Shown: positions 25,907 to 38,829 of the stretch, one piece after another
Layout of the letters: each line of letters begins with the position of its first letter
How positions within the stretch are numbered: position 1 is the stretch's first letter
Origin: Felis catus
Taxonomy: Eukaryota
NCBI RefSeq assembly: GCF_018350175.1
Contig: NC_058368.1
Coordinates: 41,294,001-41,358,000, forward strand
Length of the DNA stretch: 64,000 nucleotides
Reading direction: 5' to 3'
The notes under the pieces: model-generated
The model's input: only the letters and a program-made list of their open reading frames with translations
What the model was told of the DNA's origin: nothing
Databases searched by the model: none
Position numbers and translations under genes: made by a program

Positions 25907-26415
25907 GAAAAGGAATAACTAATGTTATTTAATGTTTGTATATAGTAAGTATGGAACTACGAATATTAGTGTATTATTACCTATTTGAATTTTATTTTGG
26001 TTGAGATTCTTAATATTCATCCTCCTTGTATCTCAATTTTGACAAATTAAGTTACATATTTGGCATAAATGACAAATTAAGTTATGTATTTGACATAAAA
26101 ACCACTCTTCAAACTATTATTACTATTTAATTAGAGAAAAAAAAGAATACGCTTTTTCATACCCTAGCAATGCTTTAGGTGTATTAGTTAGTTAAGCCTC
26201 ATGTACAAATGACCAATATATCATTGCTTCTTCCTTTGATTTCATTTTATAATATATGCATTCTATATTTTGTGGATAAGGCATGTGATTATTTGTAGTC
26301 TGGAAATTATTAAGCCAAAATTCAACCACTATAATACACAGGTAGGTCCTATCCTTAGAGTGGTATTTTAGCAGTATCTTTCCTTCAAATTTCATTAACC
26401 TGAAATACTTTATTT

Positions 26416-26623
26416 ATTTTTAATTTTTTTTAAATGTTTATTTATTTTGGAGAGAGACAAAGTATGAGTGGGGGGAGGGGTAAAGAGGGAGAGGGATCTG
26501 AAGCAGTTTCCAGGCTTTGAGCTGTCAGCACAGAGCCCAACGTGGGGCTGGATCTCACAAACGGCGGGATCATGACCTGAGCTGAAGTCGGATGCTTAAC
26601 CTACTAAACCACCCAGGTGCCCC
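26416..26623 (-). mobile_element. Can-SINE
   Basis: 15-bp TSD tgaaatactttattt at 26401-26415 and 26624-26638. Confidence 0.97.
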
Positions 26624-27663
26624 TGAAATACTTTATTTTAAATAAAATTGAAACTCTCTGGTTGTATTTCTCCTTGCCTGTGTGTGTATGTGTGGGTAGG
26701 TGCGTATATGTGTTTGTGTGTGTGTGGGAGCACATATGTGTGTAATCTCAAGGATTTTAATACAGATATGATTTGCTAATGTGACCTAAAACTAGGTATC
26801 AAATGCCATTTCCCCAATATTTTCCTATAAGAAAAAAATAAGTTATTTTTCCAAAAAGTACATCATCATATACTAAACCACACATAACATTGCTTCTTCA
26901 AGGTAGATTTTGAAATGCTGGTTGTAGTTACCACCCACATTAACATGTAAAAGACATGGGGCAAATAGATCTAACACCAAAGAGATCTACCAAATAAATA
27001 TGAAAATATATAATTTACCAATATGAATACATTTGTTTAGGTTATTAAGAAATTTTGAAATTAATGTTGCCCCAAGTTAACAATAGTTCTCTGTTATCAA
27101 TGGGTTAAGAACGTCAATGGAGTTGCTTTAACTATTATTGTAAGAAGGCACTTGCTAACAATTCTTGAAATCATTACCACCATTTTTATTTCTTTCTAAA
27201 GTGAAGCTTTTTTTTGAAGGAAAAACAATCTGAATAACTATATGCTCCAGCTGTTTTTTTTCCCTCTGCTTCCATGATCTGTAACTACTTTCTTATAGCA
27301 GGAATTAAATGTTAAATACTATTTTTTTCTTGCTAAAAGTTAAATGAAGTGACTAGGCTAAATTTATTCCTTGTTATGTCTAAAAAGAAATTCAAAAAAT
27401 TATCTCAATGATAGCGTATATTAGACTACTTTAGACAATGCTAAAATCTAAAAGTGGAACTAAACTGGTTATCATAATCACTTCGTAATCTGCTGTATCA
27501 TATCACTGATGATCATAATTAACTGACGTTTCTTGTTTTCTGGGAACTCGCTATCATGAAATAGTTGAAGAAACTTCTTTAATGATTTTTGGAAAATTTG
27601 CAAAACTTACACATAATTTTTAAAAACTTTAATACCTTAAATATAGTGTCCACTAGTTGAAAA

Positions 27664-27798
27664 TATTTTTTTACATTTATTTATTTTTGAGAGACAGAGG
27701 GAGACAGAGCACAAGTGGGGAGGGGCAGAGAGAGATGGAGACACAGAATCCAAAGCAGGCTTCAGGCTCCGAGCACAGAGTCTGACACGGGCGCCCCC
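27664..27798 (-). mobile_element. Internally deleted Can-SINE lacking A/B boxes
   Basis: Head gggggcgccc joined directly to gtgtcagactctgtgctc; TSD agtgtcca(c/g)tagtt at 27645-27658 and 27799-27812. Confidence 0.88.
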
Positions 27799-28542
27799 AG
27801 TGTCCAGTAGTTTCAAGTCAGTCCTTTCAAAAACCATAGACAATATACCTAATCCATAGGCTGTATTAAAAATATCTTCCTTAAAGTCCCAAATGTATTG
27901 AAATTTGTGACAGATATATTTATGGCATACTTATGGCATGCTATAACATGACATATGTAACATATGCCATATGACATGCTATATAACATGCTATGTAATA
28001 TATGTGATATATGCTATAACATGACATATCCTCAAATGCACTTTATATTCTACACAATATCATGGGGAAAGCCACTAATGCTATTGTTCCCTTGACCTTG
28101 ATGATGCTACCGAAATATATGGATTGTTACAATGAGTTACTATGGCACATGTGTTTCCTTTGTATATTATTCATAAAAATTTTTGTTAAAGGCACATTTA
28201 TCATTGACTTTTCTAAAGTTGTTGTGCCAATAAATAGTTAACTATTATGTGATTATTCCTGTTAGATTTTATAACTGCTATATAGAATAAGAATGTTTTA
28301 ATAGTATAAAACGTTCAAATTAGTTCAACAATAATATTGGAAACAGAAAATCATAAATTTTATTCATAAAAAGACAGACATTAAGAAAAAGCATATAATC
28401 TGGAGGTTTGCATATATGTGTGTGTATGCTGGTGTATGTATATTTATCTATCTGGCACCAGAGTTTGTATTTTAGATCAGTGTTGAAAGAATCTAAACTT
28501 TACTGTTTTTTTTTATTTATTCTTTAAGTATATTTATTTAAG

Positions 28543-28691
28543 TATATTTATAATTATAATAATATAATATTATATTATATATTATATATATAATATATAA
28601 ATTATATAAATATATAATATATTATATAAATATATAATATTTATATTATATAATAATATAATAATATAAATATAATAATTATAATATTTAA
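28543..28691. repeat. 149-bp A/T-only low-complexity tract in a SINE tail
   Basis: No G or C between 28543 and 28691. Confidence 0.95.
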
Positions 28692-28699
28692 GTATATTT

Positions 28700-28712
28700 A
28701 TTTTAAGTATAT

Positions 28713-28752
<40 letters not shown>

Positions 28753-28898
28753 CATGATTGAGGAGCTGATCCCAAGCAGGCTCTGCACCATTAACATGGA
28801 GCCCAGTGTGGGGCTCAGACACAAAAAACAGTGAGATCATGACCTGAGCCAAAATCAAGAGGCAAACACTTAACTGACTGAGCCACCCGGGTACCCCC
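28700..28898 (-). mobile_element. Can-SINE (older subtype)
   Basis: Reverse complement of gggggtacccgggtggctcagtcagttaagtgtttgcctcttgattttggctcaggtcatgatctc; (GA)n. Confidence 0.93.
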
Positions 28899-28899
28899 A

Positions 28900-29930
28900 C
28901 AATTTTTAAATTTCTATCTATCCCATGCAAAAATCAATTGCTGGTGTATCAAGGCTTACATTAAAAAATCAACATTAGGATATTTTTATGAATTTGCAGT
29001 GAAGGAGTATTTCATAAGCAAGACAAATGCCAGACTATGCTTGATAAGAGTGACAACTTCAACACACTAAAATTAAAATTATATTTACTAAAATGTACCA
29101 CAGAAAAGTAAAATTATATGCCTCAAACTGGACGCAAACATTTTTTTCTCTTTTTAATGTTTATTTATTTTTGAGACAGAGGGAGACAGAGTGCGAGTGG
29201 GGGAGGGGTAGAGAGAGAGGGAGACACAGAATCTGAAACAGGGTCTAGGCTCTGAGCTGTCAGCACAGAGCCGATGCGGGGCTCGAACCCATGTACTGGG
29301 GGATCATGACCTAAGCCGAAGTCGGACGCTTAACCGACTGAGCCACCCAGGTGCCCCTGGAAGCAAACGTTTTTAACATGTATAGCAGAACAGGATTGAT
29401 ATGAAGAATATAAATGACACGTAAATATCAATAACACCAACAACCCAAGAGACCAGTGGCTAAATATTATCCACAAACACTTACCAATAAACAAAACACA
29501 AACAACATGACTATATGAAAAGGTGCTCAACCTCATTTTAGTAATTAGAAATATTCATGTTAAAACTACAAAGGATAATTACTTGCTGCTGAGGTTGTAA
29601 ATCAATGGGATTTCTCATTCATTGTTAGCAGGATATAAATTGATCTAACAACGCATATAATATAAAATGAATTATATAAAATACAAAAATATGCGTATGT
29701 GGTAAAACCTTGAGAAAGCATACAAAGTGCAGGAGAGTTTTCCTTCCCAGGAAATGTGGGGTGGTATAGTTGTGGAGAACACAGGAAGCTTTGTATTACC
29801 TGGTAATTTTCCATGTCCTGAGCTATGTAATGAGCAAATGGGTGTTTGTTTCTTTATTATTTTTTAAACTGCACAAATCTACTATATTAACTACTGTGTA
29901 TGATATATTTATAGTAAAAGTGTTAAAGTA
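28900..29930 (+). mobile_element. Ancient L1 3' relic (L1ME-like) split by a SINE
   Basis: tatgaaaaggtgctcaacctcattttagtaattagaaatattcatgttaaaactacaa and other diverged L1 3' motifs. Confidence 0.65.
29146..29357 (-). mobile_element. Can-SINE
   Basis: TSD tgga(c/a)gcaaac(a/g)ttttt at 29129-29145 and 29358-29374. Confidence 0.97.
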
Positions 29931-31099
29931 TAAATAAGACGCAAGACCTTAGGGCAGTGACTGTAAACTGCTGAGGGTAGACGTTCTGATTTGTTTGGCC
30001 ATCAGAAAAGAGACTTGGTCACATCCGGATGTTGGGGAAACAGGAATACAAGTTAAGGCTTCAAAATAAAGGAAATAGAATAGGGCAAATTCTATGAAGA
30101 AGGGGTAGGCAATTAGCACACAGAGGGAATCAGAACTCTTGAGTAAGAAGAGAAACATTCTCCCAATGCTATACAGGGAAAAGAAGCAAAGACAATGGAT
30201 ATAAATACATTTTTAGGTGGCACAAGGGCCTATAGGATTTTTTTAAAAGGTATTATTGCCTTGCTTTCTATTTGCCATGGGAAGTAGAAGTTAATATTCT
30301 CAAAACATAATGAAGGTAGAAATAAGGAATTGAAAACATTGGAAATTTAAAATTACTGCAGGCAAGAAAATGGAGAAGAAATAATGGAAACAGAATGGTG
30401 TGCAGACATTATTGAGGATAAAGATAAGGTTTATTATAATATCAGCAAACTACACAGCTCAGTGATTTGCTTCGCTAATACTCAGAAACTGGGGTGCAGA
30501 AATGACAACTATATCCATAGATGAAGGACTGCTGTATTCATATAGGTGACAGAGCACAGGGTTTCAGGTCACTGAGGAGAAATTGATGAAAGCAAGAGAG
30601 CTCCTATTTCCAGACTGAAGAGGTAAGGAAATAAATACAAGAGCCACAGAAAGATTGGATGGGAATGCCAGGGTCAGAAGACAGGGAGACTCAAACCGAG
30701 TTATACCTGTAGCAAGGAAAGGAAAAACTAGTGTGAGCCTGAGATATTGAAGAAATTTCTTTCAAGAATTAAGATACACATAATGGCAAAGTCCAGGGCA
30801 AGGCCTTGAATCCAAGCGAGGCAGAGTATATCCCTGGATTGTAGCTGAAGTAAAAATATGACAACTTGCATTGCTTCAGGGATTAGAGACCATAGATTAG
30901 GAGAGGAAGCACTACGAAAATGCTTTTGCTCTGAGATGTTTATGTATATAACTTCACATTTAATGATCTCACTTCAATCCAAACTGGGGCTTGTGTTATC
31001 CCTCTTTCCTTCCACAAATTTCTCATGTGTAATTTAAAATTTTTTTCTGATTCTTTTAACCATCTTTTTTAAGGATTATTGCTAATATCTATTTTAACA

Positions 31100-31101
<2 letters not shown>

Positions 31102-31141
<40 letters not shown>
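31102..31141. repeat. (GT)20 microsatellite
   Basis: Read directly. Confidence 0.98.
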
Positions 31142-31143
<2 letters not shown>

Positions 31144-31557
31144 AATCTTGATTTCTCATAAACAGTACCAAGGGGAAGAAACCCATAACTGAGTGGCTAC
31201 AATTGTTTATGCATCTAACTACACAACAAATTTATTGTATGATATGCAACAAGCAATCTAATCTCTCCAGCAAGCACATTTACTCATACGTTGACATAGT
31301 AGCATTGTCTCTGCTTCCTTCATGAACTTTGAAAGAACAACACAAGATTACACATGTCAGAGTATAGTAGAAATCCAAGGTATTATAAAGTTCATGATTC
31401 TATAAAGTAAGCATTAAATACAAAGTAATACTAATAAGTAAGTAAGATTAAGAGAGCTAAACACAAAAGGAGACTTTCTATAGAGATGAATTGGAGTTAA
31501 CGTATTAACTTTGATCCATGCTGGAAATTCAGATTATTTAAAAATTTGGTTTATACA

Positions 31558-31762
31558 GGGGCATCTGGGTGGCTCAGTCAGTTTAGCGTCTGACTTCAGC
31601 TCAGGTCATGATTTTGCGGTTCATGAGTTCGAGCCCCATGTCCGGCTCTGTGCTGACAGCTTGGAGCCTGGAACCTACTTTGAATTCTGTGTCTCCCTCT
31701 CTCCCCCACTTGCACTCCTGTCTCTCTCTGTCTCCAGAATAAATAAACACTATTTTTTTTTA
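31558..31762 (+). mobile_element. Can-SINE
   Basis: ggggcatctgggtggctcagtcagtttagcgtctgacttcagctcaggtcatg head; aataaataaac tail. Confidence 0.95.
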
Positions 31763-32779
31763 ATTTTCATTTATACAGAATCATTGTAGTGTTAGTATAT
31801 CATTGATATAAATAATTTGATAAATTTATTTTTCTACTTATGTATCTTCATTTCACTTCATAAAATGCTAAAATAACTTTTTATAATTACATATTTTTTC
31901 ATAAAGTATCTTTTCCTCCCAGATATTGTGTATGGAGTTCTCCATCAACTGTAAATTAGCTTCATATGAAAACAAGTAAAACAAATTTGATTAAGATTTT
32001 CATAAGAAAACTTATTACATGTTGAAATAAACTACTGATGATGTTTTAATACCCGATGTATCATTTAATCTTTTTTTTCTTTTTTAAAAAGAAATTAATA
32101 AAGATGTGTTAAGAAAAAGTTTTTATGGATTAAAGTTTATAAGCCTGCAATAATTAAAGATTGAAAGGTGATTTTTCTATGAAATGACATTCAATAAGAG
32201 ATACCAAATTCCCAAAGCCATTTCATTTAAATTGTAATGTGTATATTTCAAATTAATATCACTTAACACATGTAAAAGCTTCTTTTTATTATTCTGTTTC
32301 TCAGTTCAAAATTCACAAGCCTATGTGAGTTTAAACACCACAGCATACTGTTGCATCTTAATACAATGAATTGGTTTCCTAGATATTCAGTACTTGGGTC
32401 TGAAATCTAAACCATCATGTAATTAGAGTTGTCTAGCTCCTTTAACTTTATTATTAAATTTATGAAATTTGGCACTTATAAAATAGTTTTGTTACTCGGG
32501 CTTTTTAATTGTATATAAAATCATAAAGTACATATGATGTATAAATATTATGTCTATGGATACATAATATGTTATATTAATGTATTTGTATTATTTGAAT
32601 ATTTATATAATAGGTATATATACTCCCACATTGTCCAAAATATAGCTTACAGATTCTGTCATGTTTGTAAACCAACCTTTTTCCATGTTAAAAATAATCA
32701 GTGTGACAAGCCTGTAAGAATGGCATCTTTAAGAATATAAGAGAAATCCCAAATGCTTCTATAAAATACAGATAAAGTT

Positions 32780-33351
32780 TACCTCAAAACATTAAAAATA
32801 GAATAACCATATGATCCAGGAATCCCAATTCTTGGTTATTTGGCCAAAAAGAATTAAAATCAGGCTCTCTAAGAGATATATGCACTCCTGATTTCATTGC
32901 AGCATTATTCACAATAGCAAAGAAGTGGAAACAACCTTTCCACTGGCACATGAATGCATAAAGATGTAGTATATACATTTGCCAGAATATTATTCAATAT
33001 AGAAAAGGAGTTCCTGCCATATATGACAACATGGATGAACTTTGAGAATATTGGGCTACGTGAAAAGAGCCAGATACAGAAGGATAAATATTACGTGATT
33101 CCACTTCTATGAGATATCTAAAATATTCAAACTCATAGAAGTGGAAAGTGGAAGGTTGGCCTCTGTGAAAAGGGAGGAGGAATGAGGAGTTAGTATTTAA
33201 TGGGCTTAAAGTTTCAGTTGTGCAAGATGTAGAAGTTCTAGAGACCTGCTGTACAACACTGTGCCTGTAGTTAAAAATACTGTACTGCATATTTAAAATT
33301 TATTAAGAGGGTAGATCTCACATTACCTGTTCTTATCACAATAAAAAAAAA
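32780..33351 (+). mobile_element. LINE-1 3' fragment (L1MB-like)
   Basis: aaatagaataaccatatgatccagg...ttcattgcagcattattcacaatagc...gagggtagatctcacattacctgttcttatcacaataaaaaaaaa. Confidence 0.9.
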
Positions 33352-34700
33352 GCACAATAAAATTTTTACAAGTTGACCTTCTAGCATGTGTCTATATTGC
33401 CTTGCTCAGGAAGATGGAGTGTAGGACTTGCACATCCTAGTCCTGAATCTATTTCCTGAAAGGATAATGAGTATCTCAATTTGATTTTCTCATATTTTAA
33501 AATCATTTACCTGTCACCTGCTGCAGAGGGCATATGGTCACATGCGAGAAAATAATTACAGCTACAGCAGCATTCTTTGGACAATGTGAAAGATCCTTTG
33601 TTATTTATCTGCATTGTTCCATAACAGTAGCAGAACAAATTTAAATAAAGTTAGAGCTGCAATTATTTATTGTTATCTTTTAGATTATTTTTTACCTGGA
33701 TAACACAGAAGAATAAACATAATCAGTTCCAGCTGGAAACACTTCTACACTATGTCAAGGACAATAAGTTCACAAATTGACTTTACCTGCTATTCATGTG
33801 GTATATGAAAAGAATCAGGCAAAGGGGAATTTAATTAGTGTGTCTCATAGTAGGAATAAACAGAAAAAATGATAGACTCCTGATTGCCTTGAAAATGAGT
33901 AGCATGCTAAGCTGTCAACAATTGAACAGAAGTGGTTTGTTAGCATTTCTTTGGTCACACACATTTTGATTTTATTAGATTATTTCATGTGGAGTCTAAC
34001 TTGCATATGATTTTAAGTATAAACGGTAAAATTCAATTTTATTATACTTCTAAATATGGAGGCTTGTTATCAAAAATTATACAATGACAAGTATTTATAC
34101 AGAAACATAAAAGCTTATAATATTTACTGAAAGCTTTTATAGATCCAAAGGGAAAAAAAACAGGGGAAGAAATAATACCACAGAAGATTTATTTTTATAT
34201 CTAGACTCCTCCTCTTAAGAAAATTAGAATGACAAAGCAATAGATATCTGATTCAGTGAAGCACATTGCCAAAGATATTTATCATATACGTGTAATTATC
34301 ATTTGCTGTCTTATTAAAAAAGAAACGGAAAGTATTCACAAAAGTGAAAATCAGGAACTTTATTATGCACTGATTTTGTGCTAGTAACTCTAGAGGTAAA
34401 CTATGTAAAAGTATTAGGATGATTTTCACTGTGGAAGCATGAATTTGTTTTTTTTAACTTTATTTTTTATTTTTTAAAATTTACATCCAAATTAGTTAGC
34501 ATATAGTGATGCAATGATTTCAGGAGTAGATTTCTTAATGCCCCTTACCCATTTAGTCCATCCCCCCTCCCACAACCCCTCCAGCAACCCTCAGTTTGTT
34601 CTCCATACTTATGAGTCTCTTCTGTTTTGTCGCCCTCCCTGTTTTTATATTATTTTTGTCTCCCTTCCCTTATGTTCATCTGTTTTGTCTCTTAAAGTCC

Positions 34701-37700
34701 TCATATGAGTGAAGTCATATGATTTTTGTCTTTCTCTGACTGCCTAATTTCATTTAGCATAATACCCTCCAGTTCTATCCACATAGTTGCAAATGGAAAG
34801 ATTTCATTCTTTTTGATTGCTGAGTAACACTCCATTGTATATATACATACCACTTCTTTATCCATTCATCCATCGATGGACGTTTGGGCTCTTTCCATAC
34901 TTTGGCTATTGTTGATAGTGCTGCTATAAACATGGGGGTGCATGTGTCCCTTTGAAACAGCACACCTGCGGGGCGCCTGGGTGGCGCAGTCGGTTAAGCG
35001 TCCGACTTCAGCCAGGTCACGATCTCGCGGTCTGTGAGTTCGAGCCCTGCATCAGGCTCTGGGCTGATGGCTCAGGGCCTGGAGCCTGCTTCCGATTCTG
35101 TGTCTCCCTCTCTCTCTGCCCCTCCCCCATTCACGCTCTGTCTCTCTCTGTCCCAAAAATAAAACAAAACAAACAAACAAAAAAAAAAACGTTGATGAAA
35201 CAGCACACCTGCATCCCATAGATAAATGCCTAGTAGTGCAATTGCTGGGTCGTAGGGTATTTCTATTTTTAGTTTTTTGAGGAACCTCCATACTGTTTTC
35301 CAGAGTGGCTGTACCAGCTTGCATTGCCACCAACAATGCAAAAGAGATCCTCTTTCTCTTCATCCTCAGCAGCCTGAGTTGTTACTGTTAGCCATTCTGA
35401 CAGGTGTGAGGTGGTATCTCATTGTGGTTTTGATTTGTATTTCCCTGATGATGAGTGATGTGGAGCATTTTTTCATGTGTCGGTTGGCCATCTGGATGTC
35501 TACTTTGGAGAAGTGTCTATTCGTGTTTTTTGCCCATTTCTTCGCTGGATTGTTTGTTTTTTGGGTGTTGAGTTTGATAAGTTCTTTGTAGATTTTGGGT
35601 ACTAACCCTTTATCTGATATGTCATTTGCAAATATCTTCTCCCATTCTGTTGATTGCCTTTTAGTTTTCTGATTGTTTCCTTCACTGTGCAGAAGATTTT
35701 TTTATTTTGATGAGTTCCCAGTAGTTCATTTTTGCTTTTGTTTCCCTTGCCTCCAGAGAAGTGTTGAGTAAGAAGTTGGCACAGGGAAGATCAAAGAGGT
35801 TTTTGCCTGCTTTCTCCTCAAGGATTTTGATGGCTTCCTGTCTTACATTGAGATCTTTCATCCACTTTGAGTTTATTTTTGTGTGTGGTGTAAGAAAGTG
35901 GTCCAGGTTCATTCTTCTGCATGTCGCTGTCCAGTTTTCCAGTACAACTTGCTGAAGAGACTGTCTTTATTCCATTGGATATTCTTTCCTGCTTTGTCAA
36001 AGATTAGTTGGCCATACATTTGTGGGTCCATGTATGGTTCTCTATTCTGTTCCATTGATCTGAGTGTCTGTTCTTGTGCCAGTACCATACTGTGTTGATG
36101 ATTACAGCTTTGTAGTATAGCTCGAAGTCTGTGATTGTGATGCCTCCTGCTATGGTTTTCTTTTTCAAGATTGTTTTGGCTACTCAGGGTCTTTTCTGGT
36201 TCCATAAAAATTTTAGGATTGTTTGTTCTAGCTCTGTGAAGAATGCTGGTGCTATTTTGATAGGGATTGCTTTGAATATGTAGATTGCTTTGGGTAGTAT
36301 TGACATTTTAACAATATTTGTCTTCCTATCCAGGAGCATGGAATCTTTTTCCATTTTTTTGTGTCTTCTTCAATTCCTTTCATAAGCTTTCTATAGTTTT
36401 CAGTGTATAGATTTTTCACCTCTTTGGCTAGATTTATTCCTAGGTATGTGTGGTTTTTGGTGCAACTATAAATGGGATCAATTCCTTGATTTCTCTGTCA
36501 CTTCATTGTTGGTGTATAGGAATGCAACCGATTTCTATGCATTGATTTTATATCCTGCAACTTTGCTGAATTCGTGGATCAGTGCTAGCAGTTTTTTTGG
36601 TGGAATCTTTAGGGTTTTCCATATAGAGTGTCATGTCATCTGCAAAGAGTGACAGTTTGACCTCCTCCTGGCTGATTGGATGCCTTTAATTTCTTTGTGT
36701 TGTCTGATTGCAGAGACTAAGACTTTGCATACTATGTTGAATAACACTGGTGAGAGTGGACATCCCTGTCAGGAACAAGACAGGGGGAAAGCTCTTAGTT
36801 TTTCCCCATTGAGGATGATATTAGCATTGGGTCATTCATATATGGCTTTTATGATCTTGAGGTCTGATCCTTCTATCCCTACTTTCTTGAGGGTTTTATC
36901 AAGAAAGCATACTGTATTTTGTCAAATGCCTTCTATGCATCTATTGAGAGGATCATACGGTTTTGTCCTTTCTTTTATTGATGTGATGAATTACATTAAT
37001 TGTTTTTGCAGATATTGAACAAGCCCTGCATCCCAGGTATAAATCCCACTTGGTCGTGGTGAACAATTTTTTTAATGTATTGTTGGATCTGGTTGGCTAA
37101 TATCTTGTTGAGGATTTTTGCATCCATGTTCATCAGGGAAATTGGTCTATAGTTCTCCTTTTTAGTGAGGTTTCTGTCTTGTTTTGGAATCAAGGTAATG
37201 TTGGCTTCATAGAAAGAGTTTGGAAGTTTTCCTTCCATTTCTATTTTTTGAAACAGTTTCAAGAGAATAGGTGTTAACTCTTCCTTAAATGTTTGGTAGA
37301 ATTCCCCTGGAAAGCCATCTTGCCCTGGATTCTTGTTTTTTGGCAGATTTTGATTATTAATTTGATTTCCTTACTGGTTATGGGTCTGTTCAAATTTTCT
37401 ATTTCTTCCTGTTTCAGTTTTGGTAGTGTATATGTTTCTACGGATTTGTCCATTTCTTCCAGATTGCCCACTTTATTGGCATATAATTGCTCATAATTTT
37501 CTCTTATATTGTTTTTATTTCTGTTGTGTTGGTTGTGATCTCTCCTCTTTCATTCTTGATTTTATGTATTTGAGTCCTTTCCTTTTTCTTTGTGATCAAA
37601 CTGACTAGCGGTTTATCAGTTTTGTTAATTCCTCAAAGAACCAGCTTCTGGTTTCATTGATCTGTTCCACTGTTTTTTTTGGTTTCGATAGCATTAATTT

Positions 37701-38719
37701 CTGCTCTAATCTTTATTATTTCCTGTCTTCTTCTGTTTTTGGGTTTTATTTGCTGTTGTTTTTCCAGCTCCTTAAAGCATAGGTTAGGTTGTGTATCTGA
37801 GATCTTTCTTCCTTCTTTAGGAAGGCCTGGATTGCTATATACTTTCCTCTTATGACCACCTTTGCTGCATCCCAGAGGTTTTTGGTTGTGGTGCTATCAT
37901 TTTCATTGACTTCCATATAGTTTTTAATTTCCTCTTTAACTGCTTGGTTAGTCCATTCATTCTTTAATAGGATGTTCTTCAGTCTCCAAGTATTTGTTAC
38001 CTTTCCAAATTTTTTCTTGTGGTTGATTTCAAGTTTCATAGTGTTGTGGTCTGAAAATATGCACAGTATGATCTCGATCTTTTTGTACTTACTTAGGACT
38101 GATTTGTGCCCCAGTATATTGTCTATTCTGGAGAGCATTTCATGTGCACTGGAGAAGAAGGTATATTCTGCTGCTTTAGGATGAAATGTTCTGAATATAT
38201 ATGTTAAGTCCTTCTGGTCCAATGTGTCATTCAAAGCCATTGTTTCCTTGTTGATTTTTTGATTAGATGATCTGTCCATTGTTGTGAGTGGGGTGTTGAA
38301 GTCTACTATTATGGTATTACTTTTGATGGATTTCTTTATGTTTATGATTAATAGATTTATATATTTGGGTGTCCCACATTTGGCACATAAATGTTTACAA
38401 TTGTTAGGTCTTCCTGGTGGATAGACCCTTTAATTATGATACAATGCCTTTCTGCATCTTTTGATACATACTTTATTTTAAAGTCTAGATTGTCTGATAT
38501 CAGTATGGCTACTCTGGCTTTCTTTTGTTGACCATTAGCATCCCCTTATTTTCAATCTGAAGGTGTCTTTAGGTCTAATGGGTTTCTTGTAAACAGAGTA
38601 TAGATGGATCTTGTTTTCTTATCCATTCTGTTACCCTATATCTTTTGATTGGAGCATTGAGTACATTGACACTTAGAGTGAGTACTGAAAGATATGAATT
38701 TATTGCCACTTATTGCCAT
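34701..38719 (-). pseudogene. L1 ORF2 (endonuclease / reverse transcriptase), disrupted
   Basis: Fragments NAPIKRYRVTEWIRKQDPSILCLQETH; YTFFSSAHEMLSRID...FSDHN (EN); [47 protein letters not shown] (RT); [22 protein letters not shown] (C-terminal); multiple stops and frameshifts. Confidence 0.95.
34970..35195 (+). mobile_element. Young Can-SINE nested in L1 ORF2, antisense to L1
   Basis: Perfect 17-bp TSD tgaaacagcacacctgc at 34953-34969 and 35196-35212. Confidence 0.98.
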
Positions 38720-38829
38720 TATGATGCTTGTAAAGTTGGAGTTTCTGGTGGTGTTCTCTGGTCCTTTCTAATCTTTTCTTGCTTTTGGTATTTATTTATT
38801 TTCCACATCTATTTTCATCTTTTCTCCCC

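Noticed and set aside
37746..38279. Longest ORF in the window (177 aa)
   Set aside because: Fragment of L1 ORF2 endonuclease/linker; not an independent gene
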